Shown in pieces: positions 36,331 to 48,959 of a stretch of DNA of 64,000 nt (the first letter of the stretch is position 1; each line of letters starts with the position of its first letter). Position numbers and translations under genes: made by a program. Source of the stretch: Octopus sinensis (lineage: Eukaryota); NCBI RefSeq assembly GCF_006345805.1, contig NC_043008.1:21886001-21950000 (forward strand), read 5' to 3'. The notes below the pieces were generated by a model, which was not told the origin of the DNA, did not search any database, and saw only the letters and a list, made by a program, of their open reading frames with translations.

Positions 36331-36562
36331 CTTCCTCCCATCTTAAATAATGACAGAGCACATTGGATGATGTAGCTAATACTAGATATACATCTATAAT
36401 ATTGGTTGGTCATGACTGGATTGTCTTTAGTCACAGGTTTAATATATAGCAGGATGACCCCTGAGTAAACACCAATGAAAGCACTGACATAGATTCTAAT
36501 GCATTTACGTATATGTGTGTGTGGACATTTTTATACAAGCATAGGTATACATACATACATAC

Positions 36563-36593
<31 letters not shown>

Positions 36594-36746
36594 TGTATGT
36601 ATATATGTATGTATGTATTGCCACTAACATATTTTTTTGCAAAATATGGGTAGTTTATCCTATTCATGCTATATTATTAGCATTATCCTGCCTTTGAGAA
36701 TACTATTATTTCCGTATGTATGTATGTATGTATGTATGTATGTAGG

Positions 36747-36799
<53 letters not shown>

Positions 36800-36835
36800 T
36801 ATATATATATGTATGTATATATGTATAGGTATTCT

Positions 36836-37228
36836 TTTATTCTTTTACTTGTTTCAGTCATTTGACTGTGGCCATGCTGGGGCACTACTTTGAAGAGTTT
36901 TAGCCGAACAGGTCAACCCCACAGGACTTATTTTTGTATTTTCTTTTAAATCCTGGTACTTATTCTACCAGTCTCTTTTTGCTGGACTGCTAAGTTACAA
37001 GGATATAAACACTCCAACACCGGTTGTCAAGCAGTGATGGGGGAGACTAACACACACCAATATATATATATATATATATATATGTATGATGGGCTTCTTT
37101 CAGTTTCCATATACAAATCCACTCACAAGGCTTTGGATGGCCCTAGGCTATAGTAGAAGCCACTGGCCCAAGGTGCCACACAGTGGGACTGAACACGGAA
37201 CTATGTGGTTGTGAAGCAAGCTTCTTAC
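36836..37228 (-). mobile_element. SINE family A
   Basis: TTCTTTTACTTGTTTCAGTC...GAACACGGAACTATGTGG. Confidence 0.9.
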
Positions 37229-37239
37229 CCTGCTTACTT

Positions 37240-37800
37240 GTTCGTTTATGATCACCAAGACTTTCATCCTCCATCCCCAGCACATTGTCTTTCATTGAAG
37301 TGGACATACATGACAAGACCACTACAATATAGGTAGATTCTGTGACGCTGAGGACACTGAAAGTGACCCCAAACAATAGCTGCAGGGGCTTGTTGACTCT
37401 GTCTCCCTCTCTCTTCATGCCATGTTCTGTGTTTGGTTTCAAGGTGTTCTACTCCATCATCACATACAGACCTCCATACCTTCCAATTAACAGCCAGGGG
37501 CTCCAAACAATCGGAAGGGGACACCACATTAAATGTGAGACAGTTTGAGATGGTCATGAGAACAAAGTTCTGGATGCCCATGAGGCCTACTTCCAGTCTT
37601 GATCTCACTGAAGAGGACCATCTTTGGTAGTCAGTTGCCCAGCATCTGAATCACATAGCCAACCCATTACAGAAGACAATGAAGGATGCAGCTGGTTGGG
37701 AGGATTTTGTTACAAAACAACTGGTCCTTCCATGTGAGACCAAAGATACTTTGGAGCGATCTGATATGGAATACTTCCTGTTGTCTTATCTTGCACTAGT
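37240..37800 (-). mobile_element. RTE-clade LINE ORF 3' end, degraded
   Basis: EVFHIRSLQSIFGLTWKD, WVGYVIQM..LPKMVLFSEIKTGSRPHGHP..SHDHLK, LAVNWKVWRSVCDDGVEHLE, CPQRHR. Confidence 0.8.
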
Positions 37801-37889
37801 AATGAGTCCAACACTCAGATTTATAGAGGGGAGTGGAAACACAGACAGCTCAATAGATGAAGATTAATACTTGCTCTAAGGTTCTTATT

Positions 37890-38115
37890 TCTTCATTGCC
37901 CACAAGGGGATAAACATAGAAGGGACAGACAAGGACAGACTAATGGACTAAGCCGATTATATTGACCCCCAGTGTATAACTGGTACTTATTTAATCGACC
38001 CCGAAAGGATGAAAGGCAAAGTCGACCTCGGCAGAATTTGTACTCAGAATATATCGGCAGACGAATACAGCTAAGCATTTTGTCCAGCATGCTAATGTTT
38101 CTGCCAGCTTGCCAC
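37890..38115 (-). mobile_element. SINE B, variant-2 tail, 20-bp target-site duplication
   Basis: TSD CTTGCTCTAAGGTTCTTATT at 37870-37889 and 38116-38135. Confidence 0.9.
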
Positions 38116-38199
38116 CTTGCTCTAAGGTTCTTATTCTGAAAGACCCATTTACTGAGTTTTGCAAAAGAAACAGCAGCTAAGTTGATCCAACAGAATATC

Positions 38200-39410
38200 A
38201 CCTCATCAAGGAATCCAGTGTAAGAGACTGGGCTTCGGAGATAGCAAAATGAGTCCACCTGCAGTAGAGGAGCATCATCAATAAGTATGGGCTGAGGAAG
38301 AGATGAGTATGGGAAAGCGAACTGGAGAACTTAGGTCTTTCAATGAATGATTCACTTGAAGACTGAGCCAAGAATAGGCATGGTTCATTAAGATTTATAA
38401 GTATGGCAGGCCTCACCTCACATTGCCATCTTCACTCTTTGTTTCTTCTTTGTTGTCAGAAGAAGACTATACCTGACAGGTGTGGAGGCACATGGCCTAG
38501 TGGTTAGAGCAGCAGACTTGTGGTCAAGGGATCATGGGTTCGAATCTCAGACCAGGTGATGTGTGTGTTTATGAGCGAAACACGTAAGCTCCATGTGGCT
38601 CTGGTAGAAGGTAATGGTGAACTTCTGCTGACTCTTTTGCCACAACTTTCTCTCACTCTTTCCTCCTGCTTCTTGCAGCTCGCCTGCGACAGACGGCGTC
38701 CCATCCAAGTGGGGAACCTATACGCCAAGGAAACAGGGAAACCGGCCCTTATGAGCCAGGCATGGCTCGAGAAGGAACAAACAACAAAAATACCTGACAG
38801 GTGGAAACACTCCAATGTTGTCACAATCTATATGCACAAGGCAGACTGTCCAGAGCGTAGAAACAGCAGGGGAATCTCTTTTCTGGATAATACCAACAAG
38901 ATCCTCTCACATATTCACCTCTGATGTCTTCTACTTCATGTTGTCAACTTGGTTATGCCTGAGTCCTAGGGAAAATTCTGACCAGAGAAAAACCACTTCT
39001 GACATGATATTTGTGGTCCCTCTTCTCCTTGAAAAGTGTCATGAAGAGCAGAAAAACATGTGTCATGCACAATTGATCTAACAAAGTTTAACCATCCTAA
39101 GTTGTTGCACCTGCTTCAGAAGTTTGGCTGTCCACCAACATCTCTCTCACGTAGCATTGAAGCCTCAGAACTTTTCATGACCAGGTGGATTAAAACAAGG
39201 ATGTTTCCTTGCCTCTGTGCAGTTTAACATTTACCTGGTGGCTGTAACCCTTGTTTCCTGGAGACAGTCCATTAAAGTAGACAGAATTCATGTCAGGTAC
39301 CCATTCGATGGCAGATACTTTAGCACTTGCCTCCTGAAAGCCACATCAAAGATCCTCTCAACTGTGGTGTATGAGATTCGGTATGTTGACAATTCAGCTT
39401 CACCTTCTCA
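38200..39410 (+). mobile_element. RTE-clade LINE reverse-transcriptase fragment, degraded, interrupted by SINE D
   Basis: LHSLFLLCCQKKTIPDRWKHSNVVTIY...RGISFLDNTNKIL, TSDMIFVV.LLLEKCHE, RYPFDGRYF, YEIRYVDNSA (YADD-like). 5' boundary uncertain. Confidence 0.75.
38483..38789 (+). mobile_element. SINE family D with 14-bp TSD
   Basis: TSD ATACCTGACAGGTG at 38469-38482 and 38790-38803; (CAA)n tail. Confidence 0.9.
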
Positions 39411-39428
39411 TACCTCTGCCTTTCTTCA

Positions 39429-39467
<39 letters not shown>

Positions 39468-39472
39468 CACGC

Positions 39473-39512
<40 letters not shown>

Positions 39513-40974
39513 TTATACATACAGGTGTAACAATGTGGTAAGAAGTTTGCTTCCCAACCATGCTTCCGGGTTCAGCATCATTACATGGCACCTTGGGCAA
39601 GTTTCTTCTCCTACAGCCTCAGATCAACCAAAGACTTGTGAATGGATTTGGTAGATGGAAACTTAAAGAAGCCTGTCATATCTAATATAATAAATGTGAA
39701 TATCAGTGTGTTACCGTGTCACACTTTTATTTCTAGATGCTGTAGCCCAACATATCAGACCATTTTTGAATCAAGTCGACTCTGTGAGTAAATTAAAGAT
39801 ATTCTGAGCTGAATCAAGATCTACAATAATAAAATTTTGGATTCCCAAATTTTCATTACAGCAATTGACTTTGGCAATTTTTTTTACGTGATTTTTTGTG
39901 ACAAATTTTTTCGTACAATAACAGTTTTTATTAGCTGGACCTGGGAAAACTTCACGGAAAACATAAAAAAATGTAAGCATCTGTAAATAGTGATTTCATT
40001 TAATAACTCTCGAATAATTATGGGCATAGCGACAGATGTATACCCTACTGACTTTGTTGCCTCGTAAATTCCATAAATAACCACTTAGATTCTGTTGATT
40101 GAATGTATGTTAAGATTTGTTTGAAAAATCTTTTCTGATGAGCTAGGAAGAGGAGTTTCGGAAAATTCACACGACCTGACATTTTCCGCCTCATAACTTT
40201 CAGGAAAATTGGTACTTTTTAATGAAATTTTATACAAATACCTTTCAAATGGCATAGAATAACTGTCACAATGGCTATATCATAAATCATCCAAAACGAT
40301 AAGTTTTCCAGCATTTTCTCTCAGAGAATAGCTTCATTCTCTTTTACTATCATTCTCTATCCACTCTTTTCATTCACTCCACCTTTCTAAATCTCTTTCA
40401 CTCTTTCGCTTCCCTCCTCTCTCCTTGCCTCTCACCTTTCTCCTGTATTTAACACAGTATATTTCTCTTACTTCTCAGTGCTATCAATGTCCTCTCTCTC
40501 TCTTACATTCTCACTCCCTCTTACTCCCTCCCAATATTTCTTTTAACTCCCTATTACTCCCTATTCTTCATCGCTTTGCCTCTTACTGCAACTATACTTC
40601 TTCTGCTTAACAAGTTTCATTTCCCTCGTGACACACACCACAGGTACATAAATACGTGATTACATAGGTATTAGCATATTAATATAACAATTTTTATAAC
40701 TTGGAAGTAAATTTGAGAATAATCAAATTAAATTGCAAAATTCACCAAAAGTCACCCATGAGATAGAAATAATTATTTGTACGAAAAGTAAGGATCCATG
40801 TATATCAAATCCTCTTTGAATTAAGTAGTGGCAGAAGAATTATCGTTGAACTTTTAAAAGGCAAGCTATTTGAACTGACCCCGAATGGGAAAACCAAAAA
40901 TGTTTATCATGCAACCTTGAAAACATGGTTTTGATGGAAACTGTTAATTATTTGAAAATTATTGTTCAATTTTA

Positions 40975-41139
40975 ATGTGGCTGTGTGGTAAGTAGCTTGC
41001 TTACCAACCACATGGTTCTGGGTTCAGTCCCACGGCATGGCACCTTGAGCAAGTGTCTTCTACTATAGTGTCGGGCCAACCAAAGCCTTGTGGGGATTTG
41101 GTAGACGGAAACTGAAAGAAGCCCATCGTTATATATATG

Positions 41140-41206
<67 letters not shown>

Positions 41207-41410
41207 GTGTGTGTGTTTGTGCCCCCAACATCGCTTGACAACTGATTGCTGGTGTGTTTACGACCTTGTAACTTAGCAGTTCGGCAAAAGAGACCGATAG
41301 AATAGGTACTAGGTTTACAAAGAATAAGTCCTGGGATCGATTTGCTCGACTAACGGCGGTGCTCCAGCATGGCCACATTCAAAATGACTGAAACATGTAC
41401 AAGAGAGTAC
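40975..41410 (+). mobile_element. SINE family A
   Basis: Head and tail present. Confidence 0.9.
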
Positions 41411-41499
41411 AAGAGTATGTAATTAATGTGTAAAGTGTCATTGTTGGGCCTGAGGCCCAGTCAAGAACTCGTTGCAGGAGCTAGCTTAAAAGCCCCCTG

Positions 41500-41690
41500 A
41501 TAGCTGGCAAAAATGAGTTGTATGTGCAATTCAATGGGAGCCAGCCTTGTCACATGCTGAATCTCCCTAAAAACTACATTAAGGGTACATGTGGCAGTGA
41601 AGTGTTCAGCCACTTGCACATGTATTTCACAAGTAGGTTGTTCCATTCATCGGATCAACTGGGACCCTCATTGATGTAACCTCCGTAGTG
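41500..41690 (+). mobile_element. Probable 3' part of a SINE (D-related)
   Basis: GCCTTGTCACATGCTGAATCTCC...GGATCAACTGGGACCCTC, recognised from memory only. Confidence 0.45.
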
Positions 41691-42249
41691 CCAATATCTA
41701 ATTGTAGTAAGTAGCTTTAGGCAGAGCTGAACAGCAGAAGGTTTCCATAGAAGGAAGAACTCCCACTCATGTAAATGTTCAGTCCTTAATTCCTTATACT
41801 CTAAGGGGGTTGGATTCCATTCAGTTCATGACTCTTGGATTCCCTTCTGTTGCTCCCTTTTGTGTCATTGTCTGCAGTGCAACCCTTCTGGTTGATTAAG
41901 GTGACCCCCAGATCCAATGTACCCTGGGTGTTGTAACCAGTTCAGTCAAATATGTCGGTTGACTAAAGGGTAAATTATGCCTTATGGAATTCATTTCCAT
42001 TCCTCACTGACCATTCCATCTTTACATCTGTATATCATAAAAAGCTGACTAAAAGAGACTGAGGTAGGATTTGGCACTCTGACCTTGCAAAACCCTCACC
42101 AGCTACAACTATGCAATCAGACACATGGATTGCAGGGTTCTCGTCTGTGTGCGAGCAAAAGTTTCGTCCACTAGGGATAGGGAATTACCAACAAATAGGG
42201 GCTGATGTGGTGTTACAGCACATCACCCCCACCCCATACTACTACTTCA

Positions 42250-43415
42250 TTGACCAGATCCAGCTGGATTTCTCAGCTGGTTCTGTCTTTGCCTTAAGAG
42301 TTTTGGTTTTCTTTCTTCCAGAAATTGGAAACTGTTTTATGAGATCAAATGCAGATTTACCCACAAACCCTCATACACATCGAAACTGTCATATTTTCCA
42401 GTCTTATGGATACAGGCATCCTCCATTCTGCTTTCATATGGCACAAGGAGTTCTGTCAGAATTAATTGTTTTGATGAAAGTGAAGTGGGTTCAATGCCCA
42501 GTCTCACACCACTCCTCTTGATGCTTTTATTCTTTTATTCTTTTACTTGTTTCAGTCATTCGACTATGGCCATACTGGAGCACTGCCTTTAGTTGAACAA
42601 ATCTACCCCAAGACTTATTCTTTGTAAGCCAAGTACTTATTCTATCGGTCACTTTTGTCAAACCACTAAGTTATGGGGATGTAAACACACCAACATCGGT
42701 TGTCAAGTGATGGTGAGGCAACAAACACAGACACACAAAAACATACATATATATATATACGACAGGCTTCTTTCAGTTTCTGTCCACCAAATCTACTATC
42801 ATAACTTTGGTTGGCCTGAGGCTTTAGTAGAAGACACTTGCCCAAGGTGCCACACAGTGGGACTGAACCCAGAACCATTTACTTGGGCAGCAAGCTTTTT
42901 ACCTCACAACCTGTCCTGCATCTATGCTTGGGTGATTCTTCCACACTGGAAGATCTGCTAAGCATTTTCAGTCATCCAATCCACTCAGTATACCCTGGGT
43001 GGGTTCCATAATCCAGTTGTTACATATGTTACAGACCACATATTTTTCTACTGCCTGCTTTGCAGATAACTAGTGGTATTTCTAATGTCATCGTCTTCCC
43101 TTGCAGCTTATATCACAGGTATGACCTCTTTAAGCACTTGATTGTGCTGCCAAATTGTGCTGCAATTTGTTCCTCCTTTGGGTTAGTGCCAGTCTGCACA
43201 AGGGCAGAACATGTTCCACTGTTTGTTTCAATTGGCAGAATGAGCATGTAGGGAGTGTCCAATTTTTCGCCACCTTATCAGGTTTGTATTTAAGGGGGCA
43301 GGAGGTCATATACAGATCCAAAGACAAATCTGATTCTGAGAGGGGCTATGTGCCATTTGTCATTCCAACCAAGGCAAATCGATTTGCTTGCAATGAGAGA
43401 TTATCATAAACCCAA
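42250..43415 (-). mobile_element. HERO-like RLE non-LTR retrotransposon fragment, split by a SINE A
   Basis: PLRIRFVFGSVYDLLP...PTCSFCQLKQTVEHVLPLCRLALTQRR (zinc knuckle); KQLILTELLVPYESRMEDACIHKTGKY and AEKSSWIW (RLE C-terminus). Confidence 0.75.
42530..42920 (-). mobile_element. SINE family A
   Basis: Tail and most of the head present. Confidence 0.9.
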
Positions 43416-43454
43416 AATTCCTCTGTATATATCCTCCTCCTCATCATCATTTAA

Positions 43455-43870
43455 TGTTTAGCAAAATGCTTAGCAGTATTTCGTCTGTCTTTGTTGGAGT
43501 TTGTTGTTAAAACTCATCTGGAGTTTGTTGTTACAGAACAACAAACTCCACTAGGCCCTCCACCCCACTAAAACAAACGCCTTACCTGTAGTCGTGCTTC
43601 AATTTTTCAATATTTCACTGTCAAACGACGTGACTTCAGAGCATAAAATAACGCAAACTCTTCAGTAGTGAAGTAAGCAAGCTACTTACCACACAACCAC
43701 TCCTGTGCTTATTTACATTATTTACGTTCACAGTTCAAATTCCACCAAGGTAGACTTTTGCCTTTCATCCTTTTGGGGTCGATAAATTAAGTACCAGTTG
43801 TGTACTGGGATCCATGTAATCGACTGCCCCCCCTCCCTAAATTTCGGGCCTTGTGCCTAGAATAGAAAAG
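43455..43870 (+). mobile_element. SINE B interrupted by a ~220-bp insert
   Basis: Head GCAAAATGCTTAGCAGTATTTCGTC at ~43460; core resumes at ~43720. Confidence 0.75.
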
Positions 43871-44040
43871 AATGTCCATTTTCTGTGCTGGCATGAGTTG
43901 GACAGTTTGACAAGGGCTGGGTAGGTAGAAGACTGCTCCAGGTTTCACTGTCTGTTTTGGCAGGCTTTTTATGGCTGAATGATCTTCCACCAACCACCTT
44001 ACAGAGGGCACTGGGTGTTTTTTACATGGCACCAGCATAT
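43870..44040 (-). mobile_element. SINE family C fragment
   Basis: GCTGGCATGAGTTGGACAGTTTGAC...CCAACCACCTTACAGAG. Confidence 0.7.
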
Positions 44041-44057
44041 ATATATATATATTATAT

Positions 44058-44094
<37 letters not shown>

Positions 44095-44261
44095 GCTATA
44101 TAGTATTTAGCTTCAGATTTTGTGTCCCCCAGTAAGTTCTTGAATAAACTGCACTTTTAAATTTTTACTTGTTTCAGTCATTTTGACTGTGGCCCTGCTG
44201 GAGCACCACTTTTTAAGTGAAGAAATTGACTCCTGTTTTTAGTCTTTTACTCTTTGACTTC

Positions 44262-44710
44262 AACCCAGTACTCCAAGCCATACATAGGTCCCACTCTATA
44301 TTTGAACACTGTTGGTAATGTTCCAAAGCTATATTCCAATAACCCTGTACTCCAAGCCATACATAGGCCCCACTCTGTATTTGAACGCTGTTGGCAATGT
44401 CCCAAAGCTATATACCAATAACCATGTACTCCAAGCCATACATAGGTCCCACTCTGTACTTAAACACTGTTGGTAATGTCCCAAACCTATATACCAATAA
44501 CCCAGTACTCCAAGCCATACATAGGTCCCACTCCATATCTGAACACTGTTCGTAATGTCCCAAGCCTATATCCCAATAACCCTGTACTCCAAGATTTCCA
44601 TAGATCCCACTCCATATTTGAACTCTGTTACCAATGTCCCAAAACTATATCCCAATAACCCTCAGCTCCAAGATTTGCATCGGTCCCACCCTGTCTATAT
44701 TTGAACCTAC
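44262..44710. repeat. 79-bp minisatellite, ~5.5 units
   Basis: GTACTCCAAG at 44268, 44347, 44426, 44505 and 44584. Confidence 0.95.
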
Positions 44711-45139
44711 GTTAGCAACATATGACAATACGAAACACTATCTCCTCAACTCAACATATCTCATTTGACCCTGACATTATTCTATTGATTCTTATCTTTG
44801 GCTATGTTTCTATTTTATTCCCACCATCGTCTTTTTTTTTCTTTTTTTTTTTGTTTCATTTTCCTTTGTTTCACTTTTTTCTTCTTTTTTCTTTCTATTA
44901 CCATATCTGTTGCTGCCATATTGCCTCAAGCCAAGCTGGTGCCAATATTCAACCAAAGTTTTCTCATCTGCTCTGACAATCAAAAGAGAATTCTTTCAAA
45001 GTCTACAATAACACGATGCACTGTTCCTATCTTCTCACTCGGTTTTCAACACATAATATATATGTATATATTTATTTATTTATATATTTGTACATTTTAT
45101 TTTACACTATTTCGCTTTTTATTTCATATTCATGGCCTG

Positions 45140-45346
45140 AAGCTATTGTCGTCATCATCATTCTCATCTTCATCATCTTCATTGTCATCATCATCAACAA
45201 TATCAACATAATCATCATCATCATCAACATCATCATCATCATCATATTCATCATATTCATCATCTTCGTTGTCATCATCATCATCATCTTCATCATCTTC
45301 GTTGTCATCATCATCGACAATATCAACATAATCATCATTATCATCA

Positions 45347-45378
<32 letters not shown>

Positions 45379-45590
45379 ACATCATCATCATCATCATCAT
45401 CATCATCTTCATCATCTTTGTTGTCATCATCATCAACAATATCAACATAATCATCATCATCATCATCATCATCATAATCATCATCATCATCATCATCATC
45501 ATCATAATCATCATCATCATCATCATCATCATTGACATCAGCATCAAAGTCGTCGTCGTTATCGTCATCATCATAATTGATGTCATCATA
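45140..45590. repeat. (CAT)n array with ~120-bp higher-order repeat
   Basis: ACAATATCAACATA at 45197, 45317 and 45436. Confidence 0.9.
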
Positions 45591-45644
45591 TGAACCCTAA
45601 TAATTTGCCAAGAGCCAGAACATTGATAATTATGATACTGACAC

Positions 45645-46012
45645 AGGCCATGATGATGATGATGGTAGTGGTGGTGGTGGTGGTGGTGTTGATGTTATTG
45701 ATATAGCAGTGGTGGTGGTGGTGGTGGTGGTGGGGCAGTGGTGGTGGTTGTGGTGGTGGCGGCAGTGGTTGTGATAGTGTTGATGGCAGTGTCATTGGAG
45801 GGGTGTAGGGTGGTAGTGACAATAGCGATGGTGGTGGTGTTGGGTATGATGGTGAGGATGATGATGATAATATAGTTCCAAGGGCAAAAAATTTGTAGGT
45901 GGAAGGAAGGAGTGGCATTATTATTAGGGGATTAAAGTCAACAACATATCATCATCATCATCATCATTATCATCACCATCATCATCATCATCATCATCAT
46001 TATCATCATCAC

Positions 46013-46051
<39 letters not shown>

Positions 46052-46060
46052 TATCATGAC
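45645..46060. repeat. (GAT/GGT)n field followed by a (CAT)n field
   Basis: Direct reading. Confidence 0.9.
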
Positions 46061-47307
46061 ATGATATGCATATATATACTTGCTCAAGGTGCCAAGCAGT
46101 GGGACTGAACCCAAGAACTCATGGTTGCATCATGAGCTCAGCCACATAACCAAATGGTCCTGTATTTATTTTTTTTTTTATTAAATTGCTGGATCTGGAG
46201 GAAGAGCAGTGCTTATGGCTGCCTTCATAGGCTTTCCGAAACTGACACTGTAAACATGTTTTGCTTAAGGTTTTGAAAACTAACATATGCAGAGAAGACA
46301 TGAGCATAAAGGGAGTGCCAGGAATCTGATATTCTGGGAAGAAAGGAATAAACTGGATGTAGCCATCAATGAGATGATCTGGGTGAAGGATATCATGGAA
46401 AACAAGAAGAGAATGAGATAAGAAGGCTAGAAGAAAAGAGCTGGTCTTGTGCCCCCTCTACTTAGGCTTTCCTGAATAGAGGGGGAACAGGAACAGCTAT
46501 CACTAAATAGCTGATTGAAAAATATTTATTAGCGACAGAGGCAATATTGATACTGAAAGGTAATGTTTTATCCCATTTAAATGTGGATGTTCTATTAGAA
46601 CAAGTTATACTGCGGTAGATTCCATGAGAGAAACTCTCATATTGGCTTTTGGTACAAAATTCACTCTTGTTTGTACCACTAGTGAGGTGATAAATCCCCA
46701 CCCTTTGGGGCTATTTTGGTAGCAATAGAAAAGGCAGGGACAGGACACAGAATATTTGTGAAAGGAAAATGGAGAGGAGAATCTCATAATAGTTTCAACT
46801 GGTAGTTGACTCCATAAATGCATCCTACACAAGAGAACAACTGTTAGACATGTGTGGAGTGTTGCCACCACCATTGTGTGGGTCTCCTCTAACTACTACT
46901 CTACTCTCTCAAATGCCATGAGTTGAAACAAAATATATTATGTTGGACTGACAATTATGGATTAAATATTTTATTAATCCTCAGACTTGTCTTTGAGTAC
47001 TTTATCCTAAGTGGTTAGACATAGATTCTTTTGATCTTGTCACTCCCTGGAATAAAAAAAACTTTTCTATATATTTTGCAGCAAAAAAAAAATGAAATGT
47101 TGATATTAAAATATGCATTTTTTTTCTTCCTCCGAAAAAAACATAAGAAAGAACATGAGAAACATAGAATCTGTTACTTTTTTTGACAAATGAAATACGC
47201 ATAATACCACTTAACAGTTATCCAATGATAAAATATACACAAATGTTTAGTCAAAACAAGAGTGCTGGGAAACGTGTCTTGCAGTGGTAACATCTATTAA
47301 CAATGTA

Positions 47308-47362
<55 letters not shown>

Positions 47363-47389
47363 TAATAATAATAAAAGTAACAACAATAA

Positions 47390-47535
47390 TAACCCTTTCT
47401 ACTATCGGCACAAGGCCTAAAATTTGGGGGAGGAAGATAGTCAATTACATCGACCCCAGTAATCAACTGGTACTTAAGTTATCGACTCCAAATGAATGAA
47501 AAGCAAAGTTGACCTTGGCGGAATTTGAACTCAGA
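47390..47535 (-). mobile_element. SINE family B 3' part
   Basis: CCCTTTCTACTATCGGCACAAGGCC...GCGGAATTTGAACTCAGAA. Confidence 0.85.
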
Positions 47536-47768
47536 AAGAAAAGATCAATGATGATGATGATGATGATGATGATAATAATAATGATAATAATAATAATGAT
47601 AATAATAATAATAATAATAATAATGATGATGAGGATGATGATGATGATGATGATGTTGATGATGATAATGATGATAATAAGTATTGCTGACTTGTGGAGT
47701 TATGTCGAGTAGCTGTTATCTTGTAAGTTTTAAGCTGAAATCCTACCAGCTTCATCTTTGTCTTTCAG

Positions 47769-47993
47769 CTTTCTGAGGTCATTAAATATAATAACAATGC
47801 AGGAAAGTGGATTAATGGAAGTAAAAAAGTGGCTAGCAAGAGACCCTGTGGTATATGTTCTAACTCTTTACATTATGTGTTCTTCAATGGTCTTAGCAGA
47901 GTTCCCTCTTCTTGCAAGGTTTTTGATCAGATCCTTGATATGAGTATTCAGTCCTACTTCCTTTCTACCAGTCTTATGAGTCCTGAGAAATAA
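47769..47993 (+). CDS. Candidate exon (LSEVIKYNNNAGKWINGSKKVASKRPC...), unidentified
   Basis: CATCTTTGTCTTTCAG acceptor; ~75 open codons to TAA, or internal donor at 47851; followed by ~800 bp of repeat-free AT-rich sequence containing AATAAA. Confidence 0.22.
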   Translation, partial: LSEVIKYNNNAGKWINGSKKVASKRPCGICSNSLHYVFFNGLSRVPSSCKVFDQILDMSIQSYFLSTSLMSPEK

Positions 47994-48928
47994 AGAGCCA
48001 TGAGTGCCGTTCTGCTCTTGGTTATAAATGTAAAAAGGGATTTGATAGTGCAACATATAAAGAACATATTTGATAAGGGTAGTCTTTCCCGAAATATAAT
48101 AGAAACATTAAACAATCCATGTAAGGTAATCCAATAATCTCTTTGCTTTTGTTCATTGGCATCATATTATGTATTTTCCATAACTTCTTACCTGCATTGC
48201 TTCGAGGGTTTTAGAAGAATTTATATCATATACTCATTACCATACATCAAGCAATTTACAATGCTCTCTTATTGAATAAAATATTGCAGAATTATATAGA
48301 AAGTGATATCTGAATACAGAGTATGGTTATATCTATTGTACAATGAACCAATATTCCCAAATCAGAAATTAACAGATAACGGCATTCATTAAAAAACCAC
48401 ATCTGGTTACATCAGAATTAGAATACCCTGGGGCATACCCTTTGCCTTTGGCAACCACAAGAAATTGAAACAAATCACTTTAATATCATACTAAAGACTA
48501 ATAATATAAAATCCTTTTATGTCCAGACACTTAATTCCTTTCAAGCAAACACTGTATATAACACTGTAAAAAGCAAAAAAAATTATTGACATTCAAGGAC
48601 ATCGATTATGGTGCAAGATGTTAAGAATAAATACAAGGAATTATTATCTTTGGATTTTATATGTTGGAGAATCTAACACAAGAATTTAGTTGCTACACTG
48701 TTGATTGATTTACTATCGCTATTTCCATAATATTCCACAGTTGCCATAGAACAGACTTTCAGTTCACTTTGAAAGGTAATGAAGTACTTTATTTACTGCC
48801 TCTTTTAAAATTGTTTTGCTATAATCTATGGCGCCCCCAGCAACCTTCTCAGAATTTATTGTTATAAAAATGTATCATCTATTCTCTAGCATGAGATATG
48901 CTCGCTTCCATCATAGCCATCATAATAT

Positions 48929-48959
<31 letters not shown>

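Noticed and set aside
42111-42521. 136-aa + strand ORF
   Set aside because: Antisense to the HERO-like RLE domain
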